Source: Eledone cirrhosa
Taxonomy: Eukaryota
Direction: 5' to 3'
Assembly: GCA_964016885.1 (NCBI GenBank)
Contig: OZ024746.1
Coordinates: 11,284,001 to 11,348,000 of the forward strand
DNA length: 64,000 nt
The notes under the pieces are model-generated. The model saw only the letters and a list, made by a program, of their open reading frames with translations, had not been told where the DNA came from and did no database searches. Both the position numbers and the translations under genes were made by a program. Every line of letters begins with the position of its first letter. Position 1 is the first letter of the stretch. This document shows, piece by piece, positions 12,289 to 26,410 of this stretch.

Positions 12289-14264
12289 AATAAAAGGCTG
12301 TAGTAAAAAGAAATCCTTATTGCAAAAAATCTTAAATGTAAAAATCCCTCTACTTAAATTCAAGAATCCATGGATTATTTTTCCCTGTCCATCTGCTAAC
12401 TCTCACCTGTCATGTTACTCTTCCAAATTTAATTCTTTACATAGGTATTAGAATAAACTATAGCCACTACCCCATTGTTGACCCTAAATTCATTCAGGAG
12501 GAAATGTGACCCAGTTTATTAAACTAAGTGGAGGTTTGACACTATTTACAGTGACATTAATACCTGATTGTAGCTTTCAAACAATGCCTAGCATAATATT
12601 TCAGAGCTTTTTAAACCAATATCCTTTCTTAACCAGTCACTGACTAATTACCGTAACATTGCCTTTTAATAATTTCCCCGTAAATTTATAAGAAACATTT
12701 TCTGTTATGTTTACTTACTCAACTGTCCTTATTTTTTTCTACTCAGTACCTTTCATACCAACATTTAAGAAACCTTCCCACATGACAAGATGTTATACTA
12801 GGCACAATTTTCATTCTATCAATGAATTTTTAAAACACTAACCAACTTGAATTTCTTTTTTGAGTTAGTATTTATAAGTATTATTTAGTTCAAATACAGG
12901 TGCACTGAATGTGTCAGAATTTACAGAAACACAGGCACAGATTCCCCCACTACTATCCTGTAACATACAATGATTTTCTTAACCATACTTCTTACACCTT
13001 CCCTTCAATTTCAACACTTTAGAACATTTATGCATATCACCTTTAACAAAAATCTTTTAATTATGCATGCATTATGATATTACCAGAGCAGGACTTTGGG
13101 CTCATGCCACACCACACACACACTGTGCATGTGTGCTATGAAGCCTCAAAATTGTTAAACAACAAATCTGTTTGGTGTCAGTTAATAGAAACAATAGACT
13201 GATCTTTATTCACAATTACTGCTCATTTATTAATTTTGACTAGATATATTCTTGTAAAATAAAACAATTGAGTCAAATCTCAGTATTTTACCAGAACATT
13301 TCATTGAGTGATGACATACAAAATCAGTTGTAGAGAGAATTGAAATCAGAAAGCCGTCTCACTCAGCTCAACCACACTAATCTTGTTTTAGAGAATCTGT
13401 GTAATCAACTAAATTACCACAAGTATATCTATGGTTGGTTCATATCCACTTAACAGAACTCAGAATCAATAGTACCTAGTTTCTAATTTGACAAGCCCAA
13501 CACCAATGAAACGTTTTTCGAGAACAATGCTGCAAGGGAAGAGCTACAATGAAACCAACCACTGATACTGGTGCTTATTTTTATCAAGAGTGAATGAATG
13601 AATAAAAGCAATGTTTACCCAAGCAAAAATCTGAACTTTGAAGCAAAAGGAGATGAAATTAACATTGTTGTGATGAAAGCTAACTGCATATTTCCACTGT
13701 CCTAACAATAGGAAAATAAACTTTAATGACCCCATGACATTTACAGGCACTCCAAAACTGATAAGTTCAATGCAGATGTTAGCTTCTGCAGTGAAGGAGT
13801 TCCATGGGTTTGCAATTCTTGGGGAGAAAGGATTGATTGGAAAGTGAGACAGTAAGAGGAAGGAGTTTTTCTATCAAAGAAATCCTGGTACTAATAGATT
13901 TCTAATTATAACTGAATGTTGGTAATCTTAAATGATTGAAACATTGACTTCCACTTGTTTTATAGTGAAATGGCATTAAAGCTTGGCCCTACATCTATGA
14001 ACTACCAACAAGTATCAGGTATCGTTATTGGTAATATATGACATACCAATAACGATACTATCATCCCCATTTAACGTTTTCCCTGCTAGAAAAGGTTGGG
14101 TGGGTTGTCACAAACCATGTCAGTACTCAAGTGGAGTTACTGACTCCTCAGATGAGCCAGGGATTTACATCTAGTTTACATGTTCCCACATTCTACTGAG
14201 TGCTCAGACAGGCTGAGGGTTCTCATCTTACATTACTGCACTAAACTATAAAATGGATGAATAC

Positions 14265-14499
14265 AATAATTGTTTCTACTTTAAGCACAAGGCCAGCAAT
14301 CACCCAGTGCATTACTGGTACTTTATTTTATCGACCCCGTAAGGATGAAAGGCAAAGTCAACCTCGGCGGGATTTGAACTCAGATTGTAAAGGGACGTAA
14401 CTATGCTGGAAAGCATGGCGTCCGACCCTCTACCGATACTGCCAATCCACCGCCCTACCATGGCGTCCGACCCTCTACCGATACTGCCAATCCACCGCC
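14265..14499 (-). mobile_element. SINE family A copy with duplicated 45-bp head
   Basis: Full SINE body; catggcgtccgaccctctaccgatactgccaatccaccgcc occurs at 14414 and 14459. Confidence 0.9.
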
Positions 14500-15340
14500 G
14501 TATGAATACAATAATACCTTCATTTAATAATCTGCCAATATGACAACCAAAATGGGATTTCAGATAAAATTCTTTTCTAGACATCAAGAATTATGTTGTA
14601 TTGTTTAACTATTTTAGAATAGGCTTGTCAAATAAATAAACAGTGCATGGCAATGTGATCTGTTAATGTAATATAGTTATTATCCTGTAATATTTTATAC
14701 AAAATGTAGACGTATTCTATATTAAATTGCCTGTATGGAATTCTAATCAGAGTAAAATCAAAAAAGAATCTTCATTATACACACCACTACCTCTTAAGTT
14801 TACATTCCAAATGTGTCTATTAGCATACCCTACCTGATCCATAACTAAAATTGTATATTTTTGAAATTATCTTGTTTTTCTACTGTAACACTAGCTGTAA
14901 TAATTATACCCTAAAATAAGACTCCCCAACCACAAAAAAATTCACTTATTTCAGTCTATTTAGTATTGATTTAGTATTAATATTTAATGCACTGAGAATC
15001 AAAAATCTAACAAGAAACATGGATTTAGATGAAACAATATTAGTTAGGAATCAATATTTCCCCCGACAGCAAATAACAGGTGTGGACGCATTTCAGTCTA
15101 TTCTGACCTCATTAGCAAAGATGAGCAATTACCATATTAGAATTGAATTAACCATGAAAAAAACTATTAAAATAGATGCATAAAATTTTACATTTATTGG
15201 TGTAAGTAAACAGTTTTAAAAATATAATTCAAAGATGCCAGCCATGTGGAAAAGTTAACATACATGGAGAAATGAAAATATTGGTCAGTGACATATTTTT
15301 CTCATTGCATATTTATTTCTAGCTCACCTTTTAATGAGGA

Positions 15341-15710
15341 TCGGACAACAGGCTTTGCAGCACAGAGTTACGCCCCTTTCTGATCTGAGTTTAAATCCTG
15401 CCGAGGTTAACTTTGCCTTTCATCCTTACAGGGTCGATAAAATAAAGTACCAGTAATGCACTGGAATAATTGCTAGCCTTGTGCCAAAAGTAGAAAATTA
15501 TTAACATTAACAAAAGGGCGGTGGATTGGCAGTATCGGTAGAGGGTCGGACGCCATGCTTTGAAGCAAAGAGTTACGGCTCTTTATGGTCCGAGTTCAAA
15601 TCCTGCCAAGGTTAACTTTGCCTTTCATCCTTACGGGGTCGATAAAATAAAGTACCAGTAATACACTGGGATAATTGCTGACCTTGTGCCAAAAATAGAA
15701 AATTATTAAC
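15341..15710 (+). mobile_element. Two head-to-tail SINE family A copies (15341-15505 5'-eroded, 15516-15710 full)
   Basis: A box tggcagtatcggtag, B box gagttcaaatcc, core gcctttcatccttacggggtcgataaaataaagtaccag (resembles the Meta-SINE core as I recall it), tail ggccttgtgccaaaagtagaaa. Confidence 0.9.
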
Positions 15711-16269
15711 ATTAACTATTGTTTTTCATACGTATAACAGCTGAATTAATTTCTAAACTATATTAATTTAGAATACTAAAAGATAAGAAATAGGACTGAC
15801 ATTGAGTGAGAAAGATATTAGATATTTTATGCATATAAAATAGTTCAAACTAAAGCATGTAAGTCCCTACAAATAACATTTTAAATTGTTATTGAAAACA
15901 ATAGTTCAATAAAGATTACTATGAATTAACAGCTAAAATGTTATTTGCCTGGAAAGTAATAAACGCGGAGTTCATGACCTATATGTGTCCACATTCTTTT
16001 ATTTTACTTTGTTTACAGATATTTTGTTGTTTTGTTTTTTCCTTTCAAATTAATACCTATATTTAATATTAAAATACTTTATAAAGCTTTTCAGTCCAGT
16101 GTTTTTCATGCTAAGGATTTTATGAAATATATTGGGGGAAAAAAATTAGGGAGATAAATTAGACGCTCAAGTTCATAAGATTTTAAAAAGATTAATAGAG
16201 TAGTACAATTTACTTCTCCGAATCAAGAGAACACAGCTCCAATATTATGGACATGTGATTAGACTGTCG

Positions 16270-16450
16270 CAGGAAAGACTCGCTGGATAGATTTTACAGG
16301 CAAAACCAGGCAGCAGGAGACCCAGGAGTAGACCTCAAACAAGATGGTTAGATAACATCCATGAGCTCAGCTGGCCTCACTTGGGGATTCAACCAAATCA
16401 ACTGGAGACAGCCCCCAGACCCTCCCAGCAATAAGTGGGCAAAGAAGAAG
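16270..16450 (+). mobile_element. RTE-clade LINE 3' fragment
   Basis: Homologous to 24650-24860 and to the reverse complement of 48340-48560 (R.PGRP..RWLDNIHEL region). Confidence 0.7.
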
Positions 16451-18559
16451 AATTTACTTTAAGTTTGAATGAAAGAAAAACTTTGCTTCCTAGTGACATA
16501 CTTTAGAGTTAATACAACTTCACTCTGAAGTCTTTTTATAGCACTTTATATTTCACTAGGGCTGCATTGATGTTAAAACCAGCATCCCCTCACAGAAGAC
16601 TGTTCTAGCAATATAAACAATCTGATTTACACAACACATGCAGAAATGCTGTGCCAAAGCCAACGTTTTCTACAAAATTTTCTTTGTGTAAGTGTGTGTG
16701 TGTGTATATATAACATGTTACTATTGCTGACTAAATATAATGGTAGCTTTCTATGTCAAGTGTTTAATGTCTATTTAGAATAAATTAGTTATTTTACAAA
16801 ATAGCTGAAGACATAAAATTGAAACCATCACGACAGAAATATCTTGACACATCCATATATGAACAACCCTACAAAACAGGTTTAATAGAAAATATTTTAG
16901 ACTCCTTGGAACAAAAATAGTGCTTAAATTATGCAACTGAGAAAACTAATGTCTAGTCCAGAATTTTTTTTTATAATAGCTTCTATTTTGTTGCTTCATG
17001 GTTCCTGTGAACAGAATAACGTCAGCATTACCCACCCTGGAAGATGGTGAGAAAGATGGTGAGAAAGATGTGCTGAAAGAGCCAACCCAACCCACAAGTT
17101 TGGACATCATAATGAGTCATATACTGTGATATTTATTAGTAACAAAAACTGGTGCTTCACTTTTCTGTATTTAAATATATGTTTCTTTAAGAAAGCATTT
17201 GAAAGTGGGGAAACATACAATGCATCTGTCTATTAAAACAGATAATGAAATCAATATTCTCGCAATAGAGAAAAAGTGCATCAAGTTATGAGCAAAAGCT
17301 GAAAATTCAGCTATATCTACAATGTGACCAAGCTACAAGATAGTTTAATTTCTTTCAGAAGGAGCTACACAAACCGATATGTTTGCTACTATCTTCTGTA
17401 GATTTTAGAAAGTTTATTTTTGGTAACATCCAGTTTAGATAAAAAGCATAAAGCAGATATCTTTTCTGACAACAGGCCACACAAATTCTGATGAGAAGCA
17501 GGTTACATATACATTGAGTAGGTTTTTGTTTTGTTTTTTTTAACAGCAAAACAATACATGTATATTTTATACATTTACAAACATTTTACAGTTACAAAAA
17601 GGGATGACAAATACAGCCTAGTTCACAAACTAAAAGCCTTTAAAGATAAAAAAAAAAAAAAGTCTACTCAAACACTTGATAAATATTGAGAAAATTAATA
17701 AGGATAATTGGATGAACAACTTCGCTTTGTTTTCCAAGGTTTAAATTTGCATTTTCAAAATGTTTAGACTTACTTATACTTGTATATAAACCAAGAAATG
17801 TGAAAAAAAAAAAACTATTGATGGTAAAATGGAAGTTAATATTCTGCCAATTTTCACCAACTTCAAAATTCTATGTAAATGAAGTGCTAAAGTATTTTTA
17901 CTTTGCAAGTTTCACTTTCAACATGAAATCCATATTTCCTAATGTCTTTTGTGTTTTGAATGAATGTGGCCTTCAAAACGGTTGGCAATTGGTTTTAAAA
18001 AAAGAAAAATCTTCATGTAATGGATGTGAAACAAAAACTACACTATCAACATGTAAAACATTTTAAATATCAATATATTGAAACTTAATATATTTGCTAC
18101 TCATTAGAATTTCAAAACTACATCTAAACATGTGTTGATTAGCTGTCTCGTGTTGCAAACAGGGTTTAGATTTCTCAGACGTAAAATTAGGGATTGGCTT
18201 ATATTCGAGTATATAAGGTAATTGTTTGTTTGTTTGTTTTTTTTTGTTTTTGTTTTTTAGGAGTTAGCTCAACTAATATATTATAAGATGGCCACAATTT
18301 TGCAAGCTCATATCTAATTTTTGTAATTAAAGAGTTTTGCCTCTGAACTTATTTCGAGTTTTCAGATCACAGCATTGTCCTTTTATTTGCAACGACCTTT
18401 TTAAATTTTAAATTTAAACCAATATGCCTCAATTATAATTAATGCCCAAACAATGAACAGCTACACAGAACAGCAACAATATCTTATAACAAGACATGGA
18501 GGAGACCTCTGTCAGTGTTCCAGTTGCTCAAACAGCAAAACAACCTGCTTGCTAAATTA

Positions 18560-18765
18560 ACATGCAAGTGGCTGAGCATTCAATATAATTCTCAGGAAGA
18601 TTCAGCATGGCTGTGTGTGACATGGTTTAGCCCTTTGTATTACAGGTATAACACAATTTTACCAACTGAGTGGACTGTAGGAGCATGAAAGTGTCTTGCT
18701 CAAGGACATCACTAGAAATTGAGCACCTGATCTTACAATTATGTACAACCTAAGCCATGTGACCA
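18560..18765 (-). mobile_element. Degenerate CORE-type SINE
   Basis: agtgtcttgctcaaggac core and a tRNA-like head in reverse orientation. Confidence 0.5.
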
Positions 18766-19651
18766 CCCACACATACAGGTGACAAACGCTATTGTATGAA
18801 TTTATTTTACTGTGAAATTGTTGAGAATACAGCTTACCAATTACTATCTTCTGTACACTTATTCTTACATGGATAATCTCATAGTGGGTTAAGAGATTAC
18901 TAGCTAAAACGACAATTACTTAACTTGTAATGAAATTGAAATTTGAACCAGAGAAAAGAAAATACAATTGGTGAGCTGCACAAGAAAATGGAGTATTAGA
19001 AGCTTTAATTGATACATGAAAGATAATCACATAAGTTTGAACCTGTGAAGATTATGGAACTGGACAGAAACATGATCTGGGTAGGTAGTAGTAGTAAGTA
19101 TATATGTAAAACAGTAATGGGCTTTACAGTGTGTATGTATGTGTAACTTGTTTCTAAAATGTTCATAATTTAAACAATTTTATTATTTTCAAAATTAATT
19201 GAAAACACAGGAAGTTGATTTTAAATAAAAACACCCTCAAATTGAAGAAAACAACCAATAAATTAAACCATAAAGTTTAACAGTTAGGAATTCTTTTTAT
19301 TTAGTGAGATGAACAAAAAAAAAAAAAGATGTTCTAAATGGCAAAAATGGTTTTAACTAGAAAATGTCTATACATGTTAGTATTGTAGTCAGAGATCCTC
19401 TCAAATAACTCCTAACTTCCTTCAAATCAACTGAGATAACAGCCAGTAAACTGATAACTCCAATATACCAGATCTTTATATTTTAGTTTCAGGAGAAAGA
19501 GTTACTGTGTCATCCCTTTTTACTTTTACTCCAAAAACTGGTGAGATCAATGTGAGAAATGTTTAGCTTGAATTACTGCAAGAAAAATGTGAGCAGAGAG
19601 GGAATTTCTAAGGTAAGCTGTTCTTATGACGGAGGTTTATATGAAGAGCTT

Positions 19652-19767
19652 AGTGCAGGGTTTCACACAGTGCAGGGTTTCACACAGTGCAGGGTTTCAC
19701 ACAGTGCAGGGTTTCACACAGTGCAGGGTTTCACACAGTGCAGGGTTTCACACAGTGCAGGGTTTCA
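19652..19767. repeat. 17-bp minisatellite, ~6.8 identical copies
   Basis: Unit agtgcagggtttcacac. Confidence 0.95.
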
Positions 19768-20787
19768 TATAGAGAAAAGCAGGATGGTTCAGAGTCCCTA
19801 TAACTCCTAATGGAGTCATAGGGATTCCATCTTGGACATTTAAACTTCAAGGTCTGTTCACAGCCAATTTCTTCCAGAGGAGATAAAGAGAAAGAATAAC
19901 CCCAGTACTGGACTGGTACAATATCGACCTCAAAAGGATGAAAGACAAAGTTGACCTCTGCAAAATTTGAACTCAAAGTGTAGAGCTGGAAGGAATAATT
20001 ACTATGGTTAAGAGTACCAACTAAAAATGATAACAGAAAATGTGTTTACTTCTAATCTTTAAAAAATGACTTCATTGTTCATCACTCTAGAATTAAAACA
20101 TCTGTATCAAAATGTAGTTTATAACAAAAGGTTCGGTAAGCAATTTCATACTATAATTTTACTTGACCACCTGACTAATATACTAAAAAATTAAACTTAA
20201 ATTTTAGGCATACTCAATTAAATCGCCCCCCCATACTAGGCCAATACTTATTTCATTGTTTCTAAAGGGATGAAAGGCAAAGCTGAATCTGGTGTAATCT
20301 AAATTCAGAACAATAGGATGTGTATAATTAGAATTTATAGATATCTTTTCAACTTTTTTTTAATAAAAACCCAATGGTTTTACAATTCCTGGAAACAAGT
20401 TCTTTAAACTCCACATATATTAGTCAAAATAAACAATCATATACCAATAAATAAGTTACAATTTAGTTGAGAACCAATATCATTTGGCCATTGAAATAGA
20501 TCTTTTCAATTTAGATATGCAGGAACTATGAAAAGGCAAATTAAGTCTTAAAATGACACTTGACTATAAAGAGACAATTTACATTCTATTCAATCACTGA
20601 ACTTTCTACAAGCAGCTTCCTCTCCAATATCACATGCAACACACTCCAATTCCAGTCACTAAACTTTCCTCAAGCAACATACTTTCTAGGTTTTCAATCA
20701 ATGAAGTTTTCTTAGAAACACAAAAAAAAATCAGTCATCATAAAAAAAAAAAAATCTGTTCCCAGTCAAGTATCATTATTGCTTTTA

Positions 20788-20975
20788 GTGAATTGGCAGT
20801 ATCGGTAGAGGGTTGGACGCCATGCTTTGACGCATAGAGTTACGGCCCTTGCCATTCTGAGTTCAAATCCCGCCGAGGTTAACTTTGCCTTTCATCCTTA
20901 TGGGGTCGATAAAATAAAGTACCAGTAATGTACTGGATAATTGCTGGCCTTGTGCCAAAAGTAGAAACAATTATT
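20788..20975 (+). mobile_element. SINE family A, near full-length
   Basis: A box, B box, core and tail as in 15516-15710. Confidence 0.9.
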
Positions 20976-21829
20976 GCTTTTATCTTATCTAAACAGTTAT
21001 AGCTAATATAAACAATCAAAAACATACACACTATGTATTAGAATGAGCCTGAGAAAATATTCTATACCTTTAACAACAATGGAGATAGTAATATATGTAA
21101 AGTGCTCTCTATATTAAGTGATACAAAAGATCCTTTAAGAAATTAGAAAATGGAGAAAGCAAAGTGAAAAATTACACAAAAACACATTACCAAGTAAATG
21201 TCAGTCATGCTTGAATAAAACTTTTGTTTTGTTAATATTAAACAAGAGGAATTAAGAATAAGGAATGTAAAGATTTTCTTTTAAAGAATCATGGGGATCA
21301 TCATTTTAGGTCTATTTTCCATGCTTGCATTGGGGGATAGACACTCATATTCAGAGGTTTAACAGGTGAGATAACTGCATCTCACTCATACATTCCTAAT
21401 ACCAACCACTTCATGGCATGTACTAAGTGCATTTTATCATGGCACCACCACTACCACCTAACAATGGATGGGTGCTTAACAGACCAGTGCTACCACTTTC
21501 CAGATGGGCATGCATATACATAAAAGGTGGAAACAAAAGGCAATACCAATAGCTAGGAGAGAGGCTATGCACCAGATACACTTAGCAAGAAGTTTACACA
21601 TGTCCTACGACTTGAGGATCAAAAAAATTAAGTGTTGTGTTGTACTAAAGAAAGCAAGACACTAAAAATAGGTAAGGAAGTCCTATTACAAGAGCTTATG
21701 AACGACAAGAGTAAATGGGAAAGTGAGAGCTCACTCCATGTAGACTCAACTGAGGAACTAACCATAAAAGTCAACAGCAGTATTAAAGACAATGCTATTA
21801 AGGATATGAAAGTAGAAAAGGCAGGTGGA

Positions 21830-22410
21830 TCATCCAATATAGTGACAGATGTTAAAACCATCCAGCATGGTAGGTTACAAGCCTATAAAGCTCCCTAGAT
21901 GTTGACAGCTTTTGTTAGCTAGATGACCTAACCAGCAGTGGAGGAAGATGCCCAATATAACAGTTGTTGCTAGAATAAGAATGGGTTGGAAGAAATTTAT
22001 GGTGTTGGTAGCTCTGCTGACAAGGATTTCAGCGTGAAAAGCATACTGTATGGTGTCTGCATGCAAATTGCTATGCTACATGGCAGTAAGATAAGGACCT
22101 GACTGCAGAAGACCTGCAAAAGCTAGAAAGAAATGAAACAAGCATCCTCTGGTGGATGTCTAATATTAGAGCATGAACAGCTGAGAGAAAAACTATATAA
22201 GAGAAGTCCAGTTCATTGTGCAAGAGAGGACTGATGGTATGGATATGTGATGCATATGAAAGGTATCAGCTGTATAAAGGAATGCAGAGAAATCAATGAA
22301 TGGAACTCAGGCAAGAGGTGAACCTAGGAAGATGGGATGAAGTAGTGAAGGCCAACTTTAAGGAGCTGAATCATGATAGAGATGATTGGAGAATTGGTGA
22401 CATGCCGACC
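21830..22410 (+). mobile_element. Highly degenerate RTE-like LINE 3' region (second family)
   Basis: Broken-frame remnants ARIRMGWKKF, WYGYVM and RWDEVVKAN..DRDDWR are typical of RTE ORF C-termini. Confidence 0.5.
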
Positions 22411-24084
22411 AGCATAAGGGTGTGCCCTCACCCCACTCCATCCATCCATCCATCCTGCTTTAGTAACTATTCCCACATTACTACACCTCATCCTACCCAA
22501 GATCACACCTGTCAAACCCCACCACACCTGTCATGCACCCAGGACTACTTTCACCCCTTCTCGCCCCACATTCAAAATCCACAGCATCATACCCATCATT
22601 CCCCCCTCCAACCCCTACCAATTGTCACTTGGCCATGAAATCTCTAGTACTGGTGCCATGATTGAATGCACCCAGTACAGAGAACAAAAGCAAATGGCAG
22701 AGGCTCAGGTCTGTCAGGTCAGTAGCTCTGGATTAAGTTCTAACAATCTGTGATGACCTTGATAGCAAGGAAAGTAGCCAGTAAATGATGAACACACACA
22801 CTTAAGAGTTATATACTTGTTGGAAAGTGATATGACTAAAGACCCTGTGTTGAAACTGAGAATTATGTGGAAAAATCATTTTAGCCATTTAAGAAACAAT
22901 GCTGTCATATAGACTTATTTTGTAATAGTAAATTATGAGGTGTCAACATCTTCCATTATACTTCTACATCTCAGATGTAGTGGAATTGTATCAGAGGCCA
23001 TGATAGGGTGTGACAACTTTTGTCACTTCATTATATATATTAAGAAAACTGAAAAGTGAAGTTTTTCTATGTTCTTAATTCTTTTAAATGTCTCTTCCAT
23101 ATTGTAATTGTTTTACACATACACACACACCCCCCACTTCAAATAAGATAAAAGCTAAAGTTTAAAATAACTCTAGGGTGTTAAATGTAAGAAAGAAGAC
23201 TGTCAAAAATGTAGTACTATGTTTTTATACAATGTCCTAATTGTTGTAGGCTTAAATAAAAATAAAAGGATAGATGTTCCCCACCAACTCTTTGCTCACC
23301 ACCACCATCACCACACAAGATACTAATTCTTTACCACTGGTTGAATATCAACAGCATTGAATCAAATATCTAGGTCATAACATGACAGAAAATAAGCTAT
23401 TGGGATTAGGTTTCTTTCAGATTTGTCAAATAACCTGCTAAACAGGTAGGAGACTAGGCAAGAGAGAGCCAGCAATTCTCAGGAACTTAGATTATGAAAA
23501 CTACTAGAAAACAGGTTGAATTAGACTACTCCAAGCTTTCCTTTTATAGCATATACATCTAGAAAGAGAGAGTTATACATGCATATAAACATCTGAAGTG
23601 AATATTATATTAGAAAATAAATATAACAGCAAAGTGGTCACAGCTTGCAATGAAGAATAAAAGTAAAATTAAGAGATAAAAAAATACTAAATATTGATAC
23701 AATACATGTTACTAATCAAATGAACTGTGGAAATGGTGTTTTGCAGGTTTATATGTTTATGTACATTAACAAGGTCTAAGCAGAGATTATTGCTGTTTTA
23801 CTCTTTTATTGGTTTATGTAACCATAACAAAGCACAAACTTCAATGCTTTAGTTGATGATATCGACCCAAGTATCTATTTCAGTGGTACTTAGTTTATTT
23901 GTTGAACTTCTGTATTACAGTATATAAATGAATACAACATATATATTTTTTTAATATCAAAAGGATAACCAGCAAAGTCAACATGAGCAAAAGACAAATA
24001 TAAAGGGACAAACCTACTTTTAAAAGTTTGTTCACCATATACTTTCTATCTACTTATACTCAATATATATTCATAGTTTTAAGG

Positions 24085-24862
24085 CTGGTGGATTTGCAGA
24101 TGACATGACATGGTATTACTTAACTCATCAGAAGGCAATTCCCAGCTGGCACTTGATAAGTTTGATGCTTAGTGCCTCATGGCTGGAATGAAAATTAGTG
24201 CTGCGAAGACAGACATCCTCTCAAGGAAGCATGTGCAGTGTACTCTACATGTGAATGGAGTTCAACTGAAGCAGGTAGAGAAGTTCATGTATCCCGGGGC
24301 TGTATTCACAAATGATGGAAGGCAGGAGGCCAAATTAAGTGCAAGAGCTAGTGAAGTAATGCACCAGCTGCAGCATTCCTTACTCAAAAGAAGGGAATTA
24401 GGTGTAAAAGCCAAACTTGCTATCTTCAGTATTCATGCCAACCAGTACCTGTGATCTTGAATCTTGGGTAATAACCAAAATAATGATTGAGAATACAAGT
24501 GGCTGAAATAGGGTTCCTCCAAAGGGTCTTAGAGTAATGTTACTCAATAGTGTGCGTAACTTGGAGATGAGAGTCAACCTAGGTAAAGCCACTACTTCCC
24601 TGAACTGAGAAATTACAGCTCCAACATTACAAGCATGTGGTTAGAATATCTCAGGAAAGAATTGCTGGACAGATTTTATGGGCAAAAATCAGCTAGCAGA
24701 AGACCCAGGAGTAGACCCCAAGCGAGATGGTTGGATAACATTCATGAATTTGGCTGATCTCACTTGGGGATTCAACGAGATCAATTGGAGATGGTTGGGT
24801 CTGAGTGGATCCACTGAAAGGAATGTTTGAGGACTCTGCTCCCACAACCTTCTCAGGAAAAA
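24085..24862 (+). mobile_element. 5'-truncated, degenerate RTE-clade LINE (RT C-terminal part to 3' end)
   Basis: FADD motif (tttgcagatgac), then MKISAAKT..LHVNGVQLKQVEKFMYPG, with frameshifts and stops. Confidence 0.8.
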
Positions 24863-25141
24863 GGATTTGCAGACTTGGTGGGGCAGTATTTGTTCTAGTT
24901 CTTTACACTGGATTCTAAACCTGCCAAAGTCAACCGACTCATCCTTCCAGAATCAATAAAATGTACCAAACACTAGGGTTGAATTAATCAATTTTTGCCC
25001 TTCTCCAAACATTTGGTGGCATTGTGCCTTAATTAGAAATCACAATATATATATATATATACTCTTTTACCTCTTTTACCTGTTTCAGCCATCCGGCTGA
25101 GGCCATGCTGGGGCACCGCCCTTGATATATATATATATATA

Positions 25142-25650
25142 TACTAGCTGAATTACCCACACCTTGCTGCGTTTCACACATAAAAAAGTAGAGGCATTAA
25201 CTAATAATTTTTGTTATAATTTTAGTGATGTTTTGCCATAGATAAAATGTCTAAATTAGCCAAATTTTACTATAAAAAAGGTCCTTTTTTTGTTGATTTA
25301 CATTTAATTAATAGAAAAGCCCCATGATAATAGAGGTTCCAATACTCAAGTAATGGACTTCCAAAATTTTCACTATAGAGGGTTTAACCCCCATTAGGGT
25401 GTCTTATTGAAATTTGCTGAAATTTTGTGAATAGGCATCATATCTTGTCATTAACCTATGGTTTAAATTTCATATAAATCAAAGGGAAAAAATTTCCAGC
25501 GGGGGTTTGTGCCCCCGGGGAACCCTTTGATTAAAATGAAATATACTTATCCAAGTACCCTGGGCAATGTAGTTTCAGAATATATATGGTTATGGGGATC
25601 TATCTCCAAAACCATAGGAGGAGTTCGTGAACAAACAAACAGACAGGAAC
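25142..25650 (-). mobile_element. Possible non-autonomous Helitron-like element
   Basis: Starts actagctgaattaccc (CTAG terminus on the minus strand) next to (AT)n. The other end has ggagttcgtgaacaaacaaacagacag, an architecture like Lep1-type elements (recalled pattern). Confidence 0.4.
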
Positions 25651-26267
25651 TACAACTAGAGAGAGAGAGAGAAAGAGAGAGAGAGGGGGAGAGAGGGGGG
25701 AGAGAAAGAAAGAGAAAAAGAGAGAGAAAGAGAAAAGAGAGAGAAAGAAAGAAAGAGAGAGATGACAGTGAATGGTCTAAACAATTTATGTACATATTCC
25801 CCAAAATGATTACAAAGAAATCCATCATCCAATATCTATTACCTAAATTAACACAATCAATTCCATACCCTATTAAGTTATAATAACATCTTAAATGATT
25901 TTTCCTGTAGTGTAAGTATAGCAGAAGTCCTAACTTTATGTTAGACATAGGCAGTGGATTAAACTAAGGCAATAAGTCAATTTTTATTCTCTTTCTGCTC
26001 TTTACTGGTGAAGAGAGTTTCTAGAGACTTATTTCTAGCTCGGTAGACTGAGCCACTGAGAGTTAAGTGAATTTGGTAGCCACACAGTAACTTTGTTGAG
26101 ATAAGAAATAGTAACTGATCTGACTAAACCTAGCCATCTGTGAGACATCTGTAGTATTAATAACCAAATGAATACAATGCAGTCTATTGTATTTAAAACA
26201 GTTAGCTTCTATCTATCAATTGCAACCTTAAGTAACCAAAGTATGTACCTCTTCACCGTCCTGAGGA

Positions 26268-26410
26268 GGGAGGGGTCATGATGGCAGTCTTCAAACACCT
26301 TCCAGCAGGTCCTGTCAAAAGCAACCATCGCTATTTGATCTGGCTGGATCCCCAAGTGGGACCAGCTTATGGATGTTAATGAACTATCATGCTTGGGGTC
26401 TACTGGTATA
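26268..26410 (-). mobile_element. RTE-clade LINE 3' fragment
   Basis: SWSHLGIQPDQIAMVAFDRTCWK, same family as 48340-48920. Confidence 0.7.

Noticed and set aside
15516-15610. tRNA genes (A/B boxes here and in other copies, and at 59294)
   Set aside because: No complete cloverleaf; always fused to SINE core and tail.
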